From: a virus
Strand: one strand, 5' to 3'
DNA: 64,000 nucleotides
Virus record (IMG/VR): IMGVR_UViG_3300043420_000984
Location: 1 to 64,000 of that record
The notes below the pieces were generated by a model. It was not told the DNA's origin. It searched no databases and worked only from the letters and a program-made list of their open reading frames with translations. Position numbers and translations under genes: made by a program. Of this stretch, positions 35,987-46,137 are shown one piece after another. The stretch's first letter is position 1. Every line of letters begins with the position of its first letter.

Positions 35987-37405
35987 ATGCCATATGTAGA
36001 CTCTTACTATTATTCATTTGGTGGTACTCAGTGTGTTCAAATTAAAGCTTGGAGATGCTGTGGTGGTGGAGATGCTAATGATACCACTAGAAATTCAATA
36101 ACTAGTGCATATTTTTCTTTGTTTGGCAGGTATGGTGAGTTAGCTGGTGTAGAGGGTTATGTATCAACGTGGGTATACAACAATGGACCAGCACTCTATG
36201 GCACCATTACTGAAATGGTCAGAAGAGGTGGGGATCGGAATGCAAGTCCCCCTGGTAGTGGTGAATGGAATGACGTTCAATCCAGAGGCAGGCATGTCTG
36301 GGGTGGAGCTGGTAGTTGCCCAGTTCTTGGATGTACGGATCCAGCAGCAACAAATTATAACCGAAACGCAACCCAGGACAATGGATCTTGCACTTATCCT
36401 GCTCCAACGGTTAGTATATCGGTAAATCCATCTTCTATAATTAGGGGTAATTCATCTACGTTATCTTGGTCTGCTAGTGGAGTTGTTAGTAGCGTTACTG
36501 TAACTGATGTTTCTTCTCCATCGAATTCTGGATCTAGATCTGTATCCCCGCCAGATGATAAAACTTATTTTATAACAGCATCTGGTTCTGGAGGATCTAG
36601 TACCGCAAGCACTACTCTTGTAGTTTATATTCCTCCAGTAATAACTCTATCTTTAAACAAGACTTCAATTATTGCTGGTCAATGTACCACTCTTAGTTGG
36701 TCTACTACTGGAGATGCAAGCAGTATTCAATGGAACTCTCAAAATGTAAATAACTTTAATCTTACCAGCAATACAACTGTTTGTCCTACAGATACAACAA
36801 CATATACAGCAACAGTTAGTGGTCTTGGTGGTACAGATAATGATACAATAACCCTGACAGTAAATCAAATACCAACGTTGTCTTTAACAACACCCGAATC
36901 ATTAGATTATGGGAATACTGGTTCTTTTTCTTATGAATCTCAATATGTAGATATTAGTTTAAATTTAAAAATATATTATAGGTATGCATCCGAAACAGTT
37001 TTAGTTACAGACTTAGACTTGCCTACTGCATCATCAACTCAACTAAGTGCTTTAGATAGCGCAACAAAAAGATCTGGAACTATAGATTTAAATATGGAAT
37101 ATAATGATTTTGGTCCTAGATATGTTGATGTAGTATTGACAGCTAATGCAAGTGGCGGAAATGCAACTGTTTCGAAAGAAATTGTTATCAATATTGATGA
37201 GAGACCAGAAAATATTATTGTTCCAGAAAAAGATGATGCAATTAAAGCTGAAAATCCAGTATTTGCCCCCGAGACAGAAATTCTATCTGAATTGTTATTA
37301 ATAAGTGATATAGACATTCCAGTTGAAATTAAATCAAATTCTCCAATCCAAGTTGATATCAATGGGCAAAATAACTGGCAAAATTTAAGACAAATAATTG
37401 ATTGA
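35987..37405 (+). CDS. Fibre/receptor-binding paralogue B
   Basis: GCTDPAATNYN..DNGSC motif, Ig-like repeats, shared C-terminus. Confidence 0.75.
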   Translation: MPYVDSYYYSFGGTQCVQIKAWRCCGGGDANDTTRNSITSAYFSLFGRYGELAGVEGYVSTWVYNNGPALYGTITEMVRRGGDRNASPPGSGEWNDVQSRGRHVWGGAGSCPVLGCTDPAATNYNRNATQDNGSCTYPAPTVSISVNPSSIIRGNSSTLSWSASGVVSSVTVTDVSSPSNSGSRSVSPPDDKTYFITASGSGGSSTASTTLVVYIPPVITLSLNKTSIIAGQCTTLSWSTTGDASSIQWNSQNVNNFNLTSNTTVCPTDTTTYTATVSGLGGTDNDTITLTVNQIPTLSLTTPESLDYGNTGSFSYESQYVDISLNLKIYYRYASETVLVTDLDLPTASSTQLSALDSATKRSGTIDLNMEYNDFGPRYVDVVLTANASGGNATVSKEIVINIDERPENIIVPEKDDAIKAENPVFAPETEILSELLLISDIDIPVEIKSNSPIQVDINGQNNWQNLRQIID

Positions 37406-37416
37406 GGAAAATATAA

Positions 37417-38826
37417 ATGGCAATCATCTATACCAGTAGAGATCTTCCTGGGACTTATAGTGGATATACTAATACTAATTGGGGTTTTCTTATGAACTCT
37501 TATGCCGTTAGATTTACTCCTGGTGCTGGTGGTCAGGGTGGTGGAGCTTTTGAGGGAGTAACGCATTATTTTGGTGTTAGTGTATATTTTCCAAATAGTG
37601 GAAATTACACAGTAAGGGCATCTGCTGATAACTTTGGAAGTTTAAGTGTTGCTGGCCAGAGTTGTGCAGTATCTGGACTTGCTAGTGATTCTTCAACTAC
37701 ACTTTACATAAACAGAGGGACTCATACTGTAAGTGGTAGTGTATATAATTCTTTTCATGGACCTAGCTATGCTACCAATCCTTATGGTATTGCTTTTACT
37801 ATTGATGCGCCTCCTCCACCACCAGCACCAACAGTTAGTATTTCTGCTAGTCCATCGGCTATTATTCGGGGGAACTGTGTAACTCTTACATATTCTTCTT
37901 CTGGTGTAAATTTAAGTAGTGCTAGTCTTACTGATGTTAGTGATCCAGGATTTAGTGGGTCAGCAACAGTTTGTCCAAATAGTACTAGATCATATTCTTA
38001 TGAAGTTTGTGGTGAGGGTGGTTGTACGACAAGAACAGCAACAGTTACTGTTTATATACCTCCAGTAGTTACTCTATCTTTAAACAAGACTTCAATTATT
38101 GCTGGTCAATGCACCACTCTTAGTTGGTATACGACTGGAGATGCCGATACTATACAGTGGATTTCTGGTTCTATTGATAATCTTAATCTTACCAGCAATA
38201 CAACTGTTTGTCCTGCAGATACAACAACATATACAGCAAAAGTTAGTGGTACTGGTGGTGAAGATACTGATTCCATTACAATAGTCGTAAATCAGGTCCC
38301 AACATTATCTTTTACTTTACCAGATACCATTAATTATGGAGACTCTTTATCTTTCTCATACGAAAGCCAGTATTCTAATACTTTGCTTGGATATACTGTT
38401 TCTTATGTTTATACAGACGATACTACATTTTTAGCAGATGAGATTGATCTTCCAAATCCTTCTTCTAGTGAGTTAAATGGCACAAATACTTATGTATCTG
38501 GCACTACAACCGCAAATATTTCTTATAACGATTTTGGCCCTAAATTTATTGATATTGTTGTGACTGCCGCTGGAGGAGGCGGTCAAGTTACTCGAAGTGG
38601 AAGAGTTGAGGTTATAATAGATCAATATCCTGAAAATATTATTATTCCAGAAACAGAAGATGTAATCAAAAATCAAGATCCAGTATTTACTCCCGAAACC
38701 GAAGTTTTATCAGAATTGTTATTAATAAATGACATAGATATTCCAGTTGAAATAAAATCAAATTATCCAATTCAAGTGGATATTAACGGACAAGATGACT
38801 GGAAAGATGTCAGGCAGATAACTTAA
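37417..38826 (+). CDS. Fibre/receptor-binding paralogue C
   Basis: SADN-containing N domain, PPPPPAP linker, Ig-like repeats, shared C-terminus. Confidence 0.75.
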   Translation: MAIIYTSRDLPGTYSGYTNTNWGFLMNSYAVRFTPGAGGQGGGAFEGVTHYFGVSVYFPNSGNYTVRASADNFGSLSVAGQSCAVSGLASDSSTTLYINRGTHTVSGSVYNSFHGPSYATNPYGIAFTIDAPPPPPAPTVSISASPSAIIRGNCVTLTYSSSGVNLSSASLTDVSDPGFSGSATVCPNSTRSYSYEVCGEGGCTTRTATVTVYIPPVVTLSLNKTSIIAGQCTTLSWYTTGDADTIQWISGSIDNLNLTSNTTVCPADTTTYTAKVSGTGGEDTDSITIVVNQVPTLSFTLPDTINYGDSLSFSYESQYSNTLLGYTVSYVYTDDTTFLADEIDLPNPSSSELNGTNTYVSGTTTANISYNDFGPKFIDIVVTAAGGGGQVTRSGRVEVIIDQYPENIIIPETEDVIKNQDPVFTPETEVLSELLLINDIDIPVEIKSNYPIQVDINGQDDWKDVRQIT

Positions 38827-38868
38827 TGTGAGATAAATACTCTATACTGACACCTCTAAGCATCTGGA

Positions 38869-41835
38869 ATGGCGTATCAATATTCTACAACACCGTTATA
38901 TGTCAGAGAAGGTGATTTAATTCAATTTAGATACACCGCTCCTCCTTTTTGGGACTACACGGAAACTATTACAATCCAGATCGGTGAATTAATTCAATTT
39001 TGGTATATTACTACAATACCAGAAGACTTTCAACCAGATCCTTTTCCATTTCAAAAAGTTACTAATGCTGAACTAAGCACGATGTACGTATATGGAGATG
39101 GTTCTAGGGCAGGAGAAGAAATCGTGACTGTTTCTGGACTAACTCCAACAACCCAGGCTGCAGTTAGCTTAGCATCAAATATTATTGGAGATGCAAGTGT
39201 TTATTCCTTAAGAATTGATTATGACGGTGATGGAACTTGGGATACCGCATGGTTTCAACCAGGAGAGTCTATAGTAGTTGAAAATGGAGCAAAAATACAG
39301 GTAAGATTAACTACTGGTCCAAATTCTAATCAAAATTCTAGATTAACTCTTGGTATTGGACTTGGTTATGAAACATGGAGAGTTCAAAATAAAGCAATCC
39401 CCCTCAATATACCAGAACCATTTCCAGAATTTACTGATTTGACGGGTCAACCAGTTGATACTCCAATTTATAGTAATGTAATCAGAATACAAGGACTACT
39501 TGGCCCAGCATCGATTTCTGTTGATAATAGTGCAGAATATGCAATATCAAACTCTGATACTACATTTACAAATGATGATGGTTTTGATGTATTGAGTGGA
39601 GTTACATTTACAAATACTGTTGGAACTATTGATAATGGACAATATTTACAGTTGAAATTGCAGAGTTCTGCAATTCAATTTACTATAAATCAGACATCAT
39701 TAAGTATTGGAGATCAAAGCGACGGATCTGTTTGGGAAGTTACGACTGGGGCAAATCCATCTACTACACCAATTACTTTCTCATTCCCAGATGTTCTTAG
39801 TGCAATCGAAGATTTTTTACAACCATCTCAGGCTAGACCTCTCGGTGGAATAACAGGTCTTGGTGATGGAATTTCTGTGCCAGTTACTTTAGTTTCTACA
39901 ACTGCTTCGGAAGTAAAAATTAAAATTAATAACCAATCGATTGGTGTATTTCCAGCATCTGTTCAAAATGGGGATACTATAACTCTGTATGCAAAGTCTT
40001 CTGCAACTTTTGGTGATCTTGTTGAAACTCAAATTCAAGTTGGAAATCTTGTTATTCCAACTTGGCAGGTTATCACAAATACTGGACCAGATTATGATGC
40101 TGTATTTACTCCTCCAGCAGACAAGAGTAATGTTGTTCCAGAAAGCTTTGTATCTAGTAGTGTAGTAACAGTTACTGAGATTACTAGACCAATTACTATT
40201 ACTGCGACAAACGGAGCTTTAATATCGATTGATTATGACACACCAGTAGAAGGACCAAGAGTATTTGATCCAACTGTAAATAGCACTTTCTATCTTGTTT
40301 TGCAAGCAAATACGGGGTTGCTCACAGAAGTTGATACAACAGTTGTTGTTGGCACTGAAGCAGAAAATGTTGCTGCAGTGACATTTACCTGGACAGTTAC
40401 TACATATGCTGCTGTTCCACCAGCTGCTACAAATCTTGGTGTTTGGTATAGCAAAAAGACAGAAAAATTTGATGGATATCCTATTGGTACAGTAATACCT
40501 GTTTTAAAGCAAAATGTTATTGTTGGATATGGAGATGTTTCTGGAGATCTTGGTTCTAGATATGCTGGATTTGTTGAATGTGATGGATCTTCTTATTCTG
40601 TAGATAGGTTCCCAGCACTTTGGGACGTTATTAAAAATACCTATGGTGGAAATGGATCTTATAACGAAGATACTGGAGAATATTCTGGCAGTTTTAATGT
40701 TCCTGATTATAGAAACAGAAGACTAACAGGAACTGGATTTGTTGATGGCACAAATCTTGGATCATCTTTCCTTCCAGTTACTACGGTAGGTAAAGGTATT
40801 TTTGATGTTGGTGCTGAAGGTGGGTATTGGTATTTCGACAAAGTGGATGTTGCTGGATCAGATCCATTGGAACAGGTTGAGGGAACTGGAACATCTGGAA
40901 CAGTTAGCAATTTCTTTACAATTGGAACAGTGAAGGTTTCTGGACTTGAAACTGTTACTGAAAATGTAACTTTTAATGTTAGTGGAACTGTTACCGCTCA
41001 AGTCGGACCTATAGGAAATACATTAGTGTCTGTCCCACAGCATTCTCACCTTTTTGTTAGTGCTGTAATAGAACAGGATGGTGGAGATCCATGTATTCCA
41101 TGGAGAGCTAGAGCATTATTCTTTACTGGGGATACTGCTGGAAGAGATGATTATCGTGTAGATCCAAATCCAGGATATAGTTCTGATAGAATTACCAAAT
41201 TTAAGCAGTGGGTTAATAATAACCTAGGAGATTTCAATCAAGAAATTGCACTTTATAATCCAGCATATTCTGACCTAGATGTTTTTGCTTCTCAGATTAA
41301 TTTTCCATCCCTTCCAGATGCACCTGGATCGGCACCTGAAGTAAATACTGATATTGAATGGATGGTTATCTGGACTAGTCCAGCATCAAATTTGGATGGT
41401 CCAATCGCTGCGGGAAGATTTACGGATAATAATCTTGAGGTTCAAGGTGGCGCGAATATTGCAACGGGTGTTATTGACACAAACGCTACAACATTTAGAA
41501 TTGATTCATATACGCCACCAACTGGATCTACAAATCCTCATAGTCACTATATTACAACAAGTCCAGTTGAAGATCCTAATACAGATTATTCTGGTGGAAA
41601 TACAGACGGTGCTGGCATAATTGGAGCTCCATTTGGTTCTGGTCTGGGTGGAGCGGCAACTAGCATTAATTTATCCTTTAATCAATCTGAAGTTAATATA
41701 GAACTAACAGATGCTGTTTTTGAACTCAATACAAGTGTAAAGAAACCAGTTCCTGATGTTGCATTGTCGCCGCAAAGACAAGTTCCAATATTGAACCCAT
41801 TTCACAAAACTAAATATCTCATTAAAGCATATTGA
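38869..41835 (+). CDS. Tail fibre / baseplate protein with C-terminal collar domain
   Basis: YPIGTVIP..FVECDG..FNVPDYR; ends KYLIKAY. Confidence 0.8.
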   Translation: MAYQYSTTPLYVREGDLIQFRYTAPPFWDYTETITIQIGELIQFWYITTIPEDFQPDPFPFQKVTNAELSTMYVYGDGSRAGEEIVTVSGLTPTTQAAVSLASNIIGDASVYSLRIDYDGDGTWDTAWFQPGESIVVENGAKIQVRLTTGPNSNQNSRLTLGIGLGYETWRVQNKAIPLNIPEPFPEFTDLTGQPVDTPIYSNVIRIQGLLGPASISVDNSAEYAISNSDTTFTNDDGFDVLSGVTFTNTVGTIDNGQYLQLKLQSSAIQFTINQTSLSIGDQSDGSVWEVTTGANPSTTPITFSFPDVLSAIEDFLQPSQARPLGGITGLGDGISVPVTLVSTTASEVKIKINNQSIGVFPASVQNGDTITLYAKSSATFGDLVETQIQVGNLVIPTWQVITNTGPDYDAVFTPPADKSNVVPESFVSSSVVTVTEITRPITITATNGALISIDYDTPVEGPRVFDPTVNSTFYLVLQANTGLLTEVDTTVVVGTEAENVAAVTFTWTVTTYAAVPPAATNLGVWYSKKTEKFDGYPIGTVIPVLKQNVIVGYGDVSGDLGSRYAGFVECDGSSYSVDRFPALWDVIKNTYGGNGSYNEDTGEYSGSFNVPDYRNRRLTGTGFVDGTNLGSSFLPVTTVGKGIFDVGAEGGYWYFDKVDVAGSDPLEQVEGTGTSGTVSNFFTIGTVKVSGLETVTENVTFNVSGTVTAQVGPIGNTLVSVPQHSHLFVSAVIEQDGGDPCIPWRARALFFTGDTAGRDDYRVDPNPGYSSDRITKFKQWVNNNLGDFNQEIALYNPAYSDLDVFASQINFPSLPDAPGSAPEVNTDIEWMVIWTSPASNLDGPIAAGRFTDNNLEVQGGANIATGVIDTNATTFRIDSYTPPTGSTNPHSHYITTSPVEDPNTDYSGGNTDGAGIIGAPFGSGLGGAATSINLSFNQSEVNIELTDAVFELNTSVKKPVPDVALSPQRQVPILNPFHKTKYLIKAY

Positions 41836-42506
41836 TTACTATGACTGTTCAACCATTCAGACCAATTGAGTTGATGCAAGATGAAAGATTGACGAAATCT
41901 GATTTTACTGATTTTATTGGTGTTTGGGAAAATTTTATTCCGAGAAATTTTTGTGATAATGTTATTAAATATTTCGAGGACATTTATTCTCAGAGGGGAT
42001 GTTACATTCCCTCGGAAGAAGCACAAGATTTTGGTACATGTGAAGACATTACGAGATCTGAAGATGTTTATGGTGGGGCATTAAACAGAAAAGATTATGC
42101 TCTTCTGCTTAACTACACAAATCCAGAACTTACATATCAAACAAATCAATTTCTAAAATCCTGCGTTCTCCATTACAGAGAAGTTTTTCCTCAGTTAAAA
42201 CAAGCAGCACTTGTTTCTACAGATGTGAAAATTCAGAAAACTCCTCCTGGTGGTGGATATCATTTGTGGCACTATGAAAATAGTACTATGAGCCATGCTA
42301 TGAGGGAATTGACGTGGATGATTTATTTGAATGATATGCCAGAAGGTGATGGTGAAACTGAGTTTTTATATCAGAGAAGAAGAATTCGTCCCACTGCTGG
42401 AACAGTTGTTGTTTGGCCTGCAGGATATACTCACGTTCATAAAGGAAACACTGTATTCGCTCAAGATAAATACATATTGACTGGATGGTATATCAAGAAT
42501 AAGTAA
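41832..42506 (+). CDS. 2OG-Fe(II) oxygenase
   Basis: GGYHLWHYE, WMIYLND..GETEF, WPAGYTHVHKG. Confidence 0.92.
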   Translation: MITMTVQPFRPIELMQDERLTKSDFTDFIGVWENFIPRNFCDNVIKYFEDIYSQRGCYIPSEEAQDFGTCEDITRSEDVYGGALNRKDYALLLNYTNPELTYQTNQFLKSCVLHYREVFPQLKQAALVSTDVKIQKTPPGGGYHLWHYENSTMSHAMRELTWMIYLNDMPEGDGETEFLYQRRRIRPTAGTVVVWPAGYTHVHKGNTVFAQDKYILTGWYIKNK

Positions 42507-42515
42507 GGTATCACA

Positions 42516-43415
42516 ATGACTATAATTAAAACATCTGTAATGGAAGTTGATTTTTTAAACGACTTTATTGTAATACTTCCTCATGATAAAACCACTATTA
42601 CTCTAGAGTTGAAAGAGAGATTTCTTTCTTCTCTCGATCCTTTCTGGCATAGCGATAAAGATCAACTTGATTTTTTCCAGGTTTTTAATACTGGTGAATA
42701 TTTTTGTCAAAGAAAAAAGCTAAAATATGATTTTGCAGAAAATGTAAGTTATTGGTCTACTTATTCTTTTACTGGTGCAACAAAAGAACAAGCAGAGGAA
42801 TTCAAAAATCTATTACAAGATTTCTTTGTTGTTTCGCGTGAAGTAAAATTATCGCAAATTAATCAAGCAATTGAAAAAATCGATAAAGAATTAATCTTTT
42901 TCGAGCAAAGATACGAGAAAAAAATCGCAGAAAAAAATGCAATGCTATCGGCATCTGATTGGAGAGTTCTTCCAGATGTAGAAGATTCATATCCTGGCGA
43001 AAAAGATATGTGGATTGCTTGGAGAAATGCTTTGAGAAATCAAGTTATTAAGATGCCAAGTGATTTCGAAACTAACTTGGAATTCTTTAAATACAGCTTC
43101 AACATAAAGTATCCAATTGACCCAAAAAATTATTTCAAGAAATACCCAGACGGCAAACTAGAAGATGGATCTCCAGCACCCGCGTTCTTAGATCAAAACG
43201 ATCCCAATCAGTGGGTTGGATATGATACGGAAGCTTCTGTTGACTTTGTTAATAAAAGGTTGCTTAATATTATTAGATATGCTGGTAACTACAAGCCGTC
43301 TTATATTAAGATAAAATCATCGATTTTGGAGTTGATGAAAAAACTGCAAGTTGATCAAATTTCTGAAATCGACTGGGATAATTATTATGTAGATGAAACT
43401 GAAATTGTCCCATGA
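42516..43415 (+). CDS. Tail fibre assembly chaperone-like protein
   Basis: LSASDWRVLPD..W..WRNALR motif. Confidence 0.6.
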   Translation: MTIIKTSVMEVDFLNDFIVILPHDKTTITLELKERFLSSLDPFWHSDKDQLDFFQVFNTGEYFCQRKKLKYDFAENVSYWSTYSFTGATKEQAEEFKNLLQDFFVVSREVKLSQINQAIEKIDKELIFFEQRYEKKIAEKNAMLSASDWRVLPDVEDSYPGEKDMWIAWRNALRNQVIKMPSDFETNLEFFKYSFNIKYPIDPKNYFKKYPDGKLEDGSPAPAFLDQNDPNQWVGYDTEASVDFVNKRLLNIIRYAGNYKPSYIKIKSSILELMKKLQVDQISEIDWDNYYVDETEIVP

Positions 43416-44071
43416 TATATGAAATTGATTTATTTGATGATGATAATTTGAAATATATTATCTCTCATTACACTAAAAATAATTTTATTGATGGATCAAT
43501 AAGTAATTCTTCCCCATCAAAGAAAAATATGATGATGCGAGATTGTTATGAATACAGATTGATAAACAAATATTGCAACGAAATACTTTTATCTAATTCT
43601 CGTTTTAGATCAGTTTTTATTCCAAAGCAAATATCGCAAATGTATTATCTTTGGTATGAAACTGGAATGAAATATGGATATCATATTGACAATCATCCTA
43701 TTGGTGGAGTTAATGCACATTATAGCATGACGTGCTTCTTATCCGACCCAGAAGATTATTCTGGTGGTGAACTAGTTTTAAAGATTGGATCCAAAGAATT
43801 GGAATATAAATTGAAACCTGGGAAAGCAGTTATATATTCAACTGGAATAAAGCATAAGGTGAATGAAGTAACAAGTGGTGACAGAAAAGTATTTGTATGT
43901 TGGATAGAATCTTGTGTGCAAAATAGTTTTATCCGCCAATATCTTATTGACTATGGAAATACAGTATTTGATATGAAAGTGGTTGATGATAAAATTGAAT
44001 GCGCTTCTGAAGTATTGGAAAATTTGGAGCAACTTAGAGTTAATTTAATTAGAGAATATGGATCGTTCTGA
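43412..44071 (+). CDS. PKHD-type (PiuC/YbiX-like) 2OG-Fe(II) hydroxylase
   Basis: YGYHIDN, SMTCFLSDPEDYSGGEL, HKVNEVTSGDR..WIES. Confidence 0.9.
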   Translation: MIYEIDLFDDDNLKYIISHYTKNNFIDGSISNSSPSKKNMMMRDCYEYRLINKYCNEILLSNSRFRSVFIPKQISQMYYLWYETGMKYGYHIDNHPIGGVNAHYSMTCFLSDPEDYSGGELVLKIGSKELEYKLKPGKAVIYSTGIKHKVNEVTSGDRKVFVCWIESCVQNSFIRQYLIDYGNTVFDMKVVDDKIECASEVLENLEQLRVNLIREYGSF

Positions 44072-44582
44072 TATTATTGAATATGATAACTTTTTTTCTA
44101 AAGAAGATTATTCCAAAATACTTGATTGTGTCTACGATGCAAAGTGGAAGTTTGGGCATGGAACATATCCACAATCGGATCCCAGATATAAGACAGCATT
44201 TCCGTTTTGGGCTATGGGATTTGAAAATAATCCTTTCTTCACGGAATATCTTCTAAATATTATTGAAGAAAAAACAAATCAAAAATATGATTTGTTTGAT
44301 GTTTATGCCAACGGGCATACCTTTGGGACCAAAGGATCTCTTCACCAAGATTGGTATGATGAACGTGGAAAAACATTTTTATATTATGCAAACGAGATGT
44401 GGCATGTAGATTGGGGTGGTAAAACTATTTTTGATTTTGGGAATGGGGAATACTATTTCCATATGCCAAAACCAAATTCTGCTATATTATTTCCTGGTGT
44501 TATCAATCATTCTGCAGAGGGTCCTTCTAGGAGTTTTCCTGGACTTCGTATAACAATTGCTTGGAAGTTGCTAGTAAAATGA
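44058..44582 (+). CDS. 2OG-Fe(II) oxygenase
   Basis: YANG..LHQD, WGGKT, FPG..H..RITIAWK. Confidence 0.88.
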   Translation: MDRSDIIEYDNFFSKEDYSKILDCVYDAKWKFGHGTYPQSDPRYKTAFPFWAMGFENNPFFTEYLLNIIEEKTNQKYDLFDVYANGHTFGTKGSLHQDWYDERGKTFLYYANEMWHVDWGGKTIFDFGNGEYYFHMPKPNSAILFPGVINHSAEGPSRSFPGLRITIAWKLLVK

Positions 44583-44920
44583 ATACCGAATATCAAGTCT
44601 ATTTTTTTGAAAACTTTATCGAGAAGTATGCACAAGCTACTGGTAAATGTGTTGCGTACATTAGAACATATGGATGGAACAATACATCTGATGTTGACAA
44701 GATAAACGAATCAATTTCTTTATATGAAAATCTTCTTCCATTGGATTTCATTACAGTAATGAAAAATAGTGAGTTTATATTTGTAGAAATTGATGATATT
44801 GCCGAAGCGGTAGATTTCTTTGAGAGCTATTTCCCAGTGGATCAAGAAAATTGTGAACCAGCGAACTACGTTCACTTTACTTTGTATAACAATCTAGGTC
44901 AAATAGTACTCTCTAACTAA
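44579..44920 (+). CDS. Hypothetical protein
   Basis: Translationally coupled ORF (MNTEY..). Confidence 0.65.
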   Translation: MNTEYQVYFFENFIEKYAQATGKCVAYIRTYGWNNTSDVDKINESISLYENLLPLDFITVMKNSEFIFVEIDDIAEAVDFFESYFPVDQENCEPANYVHFTLYNNLGQIVLSN

Positions 44921-44921
44921 A

Positions 44922-45803
44922 ATGTTTTCAGACAACTATATTGTATACGATAAATTTAGTCTTTTTGACAAGAAGTATATTTCTACTGGAGAAGTGATGC
45001 CATGGAGATTTACTTCTTTGTATGATAATTCATACCTACCAGATATTAATGCAGACGTAGCGGATAAATTAAATTTATTTTTTAGATATAAGTACATTCA
45101 TTCAATTGAAAATTTATATGATGAATTTAAGAACTTAATCATAGAACATGATGGTGAAAATATTTTGGAATACAAAATATACAACACCATGAAATATGCT
45201 ACGGTAAATGGACATCGTTCCTTCTGGAACCATTTTACGAGTTCAATCGATTGTCCAGAACTAGATTTATGTCAGGAAAAGATTGACCTGATGACAGATG
45301 AAACCGATGAATTGTCTACAAATATCGTTCAAATTAACTACACGACTGAAGGAGAATTTAAATCAGTAGTTATTCATGATTTGAAATACGATCTCAACAA
45401 CTATGAAAATAACACTGGTTTGCATTTAGTTAATGAATTATGCAAAAATAATCCTGGGACGTTTAAGGGACTAATCACCCTTTATCCAAACTCAGATAAC
45501 ATCACTTTTGATTTGATGGGAAATTATGCTCCTTATAGTATAGTTCCTTTCCGTGCTATCGATAAGAAGAGGCATGAAGTATTAGTGGTTCCTCATTCGA
45601 ATAATTTTCACAATATCAACTTTAAAAAGATTTTATTTGATAAAGAAATTCTTACACAAGAGCAAGTTGATTACATCGATACGATAATTACTGATAATTC
45701 TAGATTTGATCTTAGATTTGAAATAGATCAAAATGGAACATTTAACGACATTCGACTAATACATTACCGAGTTTACGAATTCGAGGACTTGACAGAGGGT
45801 TGA
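44922..45803 (+). CDS. Hypothetical protein
   Basis: 293-aa AT-rich ORF in operon. Confidence 0.7.
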   Translation: MFSDNYIVYDKFSLFDKKYISTGEVMPWRFTSLYDNSYLPDINADVADKLNLFFRYKYIHSIENLYDEFKNLIIEHDGENILEYKIYNTMKYATVNGHRSFWNHFTSSIDCPELDLCQEKIDLMTDETDELSTNIVQINYTTEGEFKSVVIHDLKYDLNNYENNTGLHLVNELCKNNPGTFKGLITLYPNSDNITFDLMGNYAPYSIVPFRAIDKKRHEVLVVPHSNNFHNINFKKILFDKEILTQEQVDYIDTIITDNSRFDLRFEIDQNGTFNDIRLIHYRVYEFEDLTEG

Positions 45804-45840
45804 CACCTGTGCTACTCTAGCAAAGCACAATTGAAACCAC

Positions 45841-46068
45841 ATGAAAGTTCCCACACAACCTGAGCTGATCCATCTTCAACTTCAAGCTATGTTGCGAGAT
45901 CACAACATCCCAGAGACTGAGGTGAAGTATCTGGGTGATCGTGAATATACTATTGAGTATCAAGCACATCCTGAATATCATGGTCAAATCATGCCGTGGT
46001 ATTTGATTGCAAACGAGCATGAGGTGCCTGTCTGTGATATAGCATCAGTTGATCGCGCGGACGATTGA
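45841..46068 (+). CDS. Hypothetical protein
   Basis: 75-aa ORF after TTGACA..TACTCT promoter-like pair. Confidence 0.65.
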   Translation: MKVPTQPELIHLQLQAMLRDHNIPETEVKYLGDREYTIEYQAHPEYHGQIMPWYLIANEHEVPVCDIASVDRADD

Positions 46069-46115
46069 ACAACTGTCACAGGGGGTCCAGCACCCCCTTT
46101 TTCGTGCCCTATACT
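46058..46115 (+). promoter_or_regulatory. Early promoter cassette (palindrome + GC hairpin + TATACT)
   Basis: One of ~12 copies; aactgtcac 30 nt upstream of the -10. Confidence 0.75.
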
Positions 46116-46137
46116 ATTCTCATCAACAGCGCACCAG

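Noticed and set aside
1593-38826. Diversity-generating retroelement to explain the 42-bp copy or fibre repeats
   Set aside because: No reverse transcriptase in the window and no adenine-specific mismatch pattern
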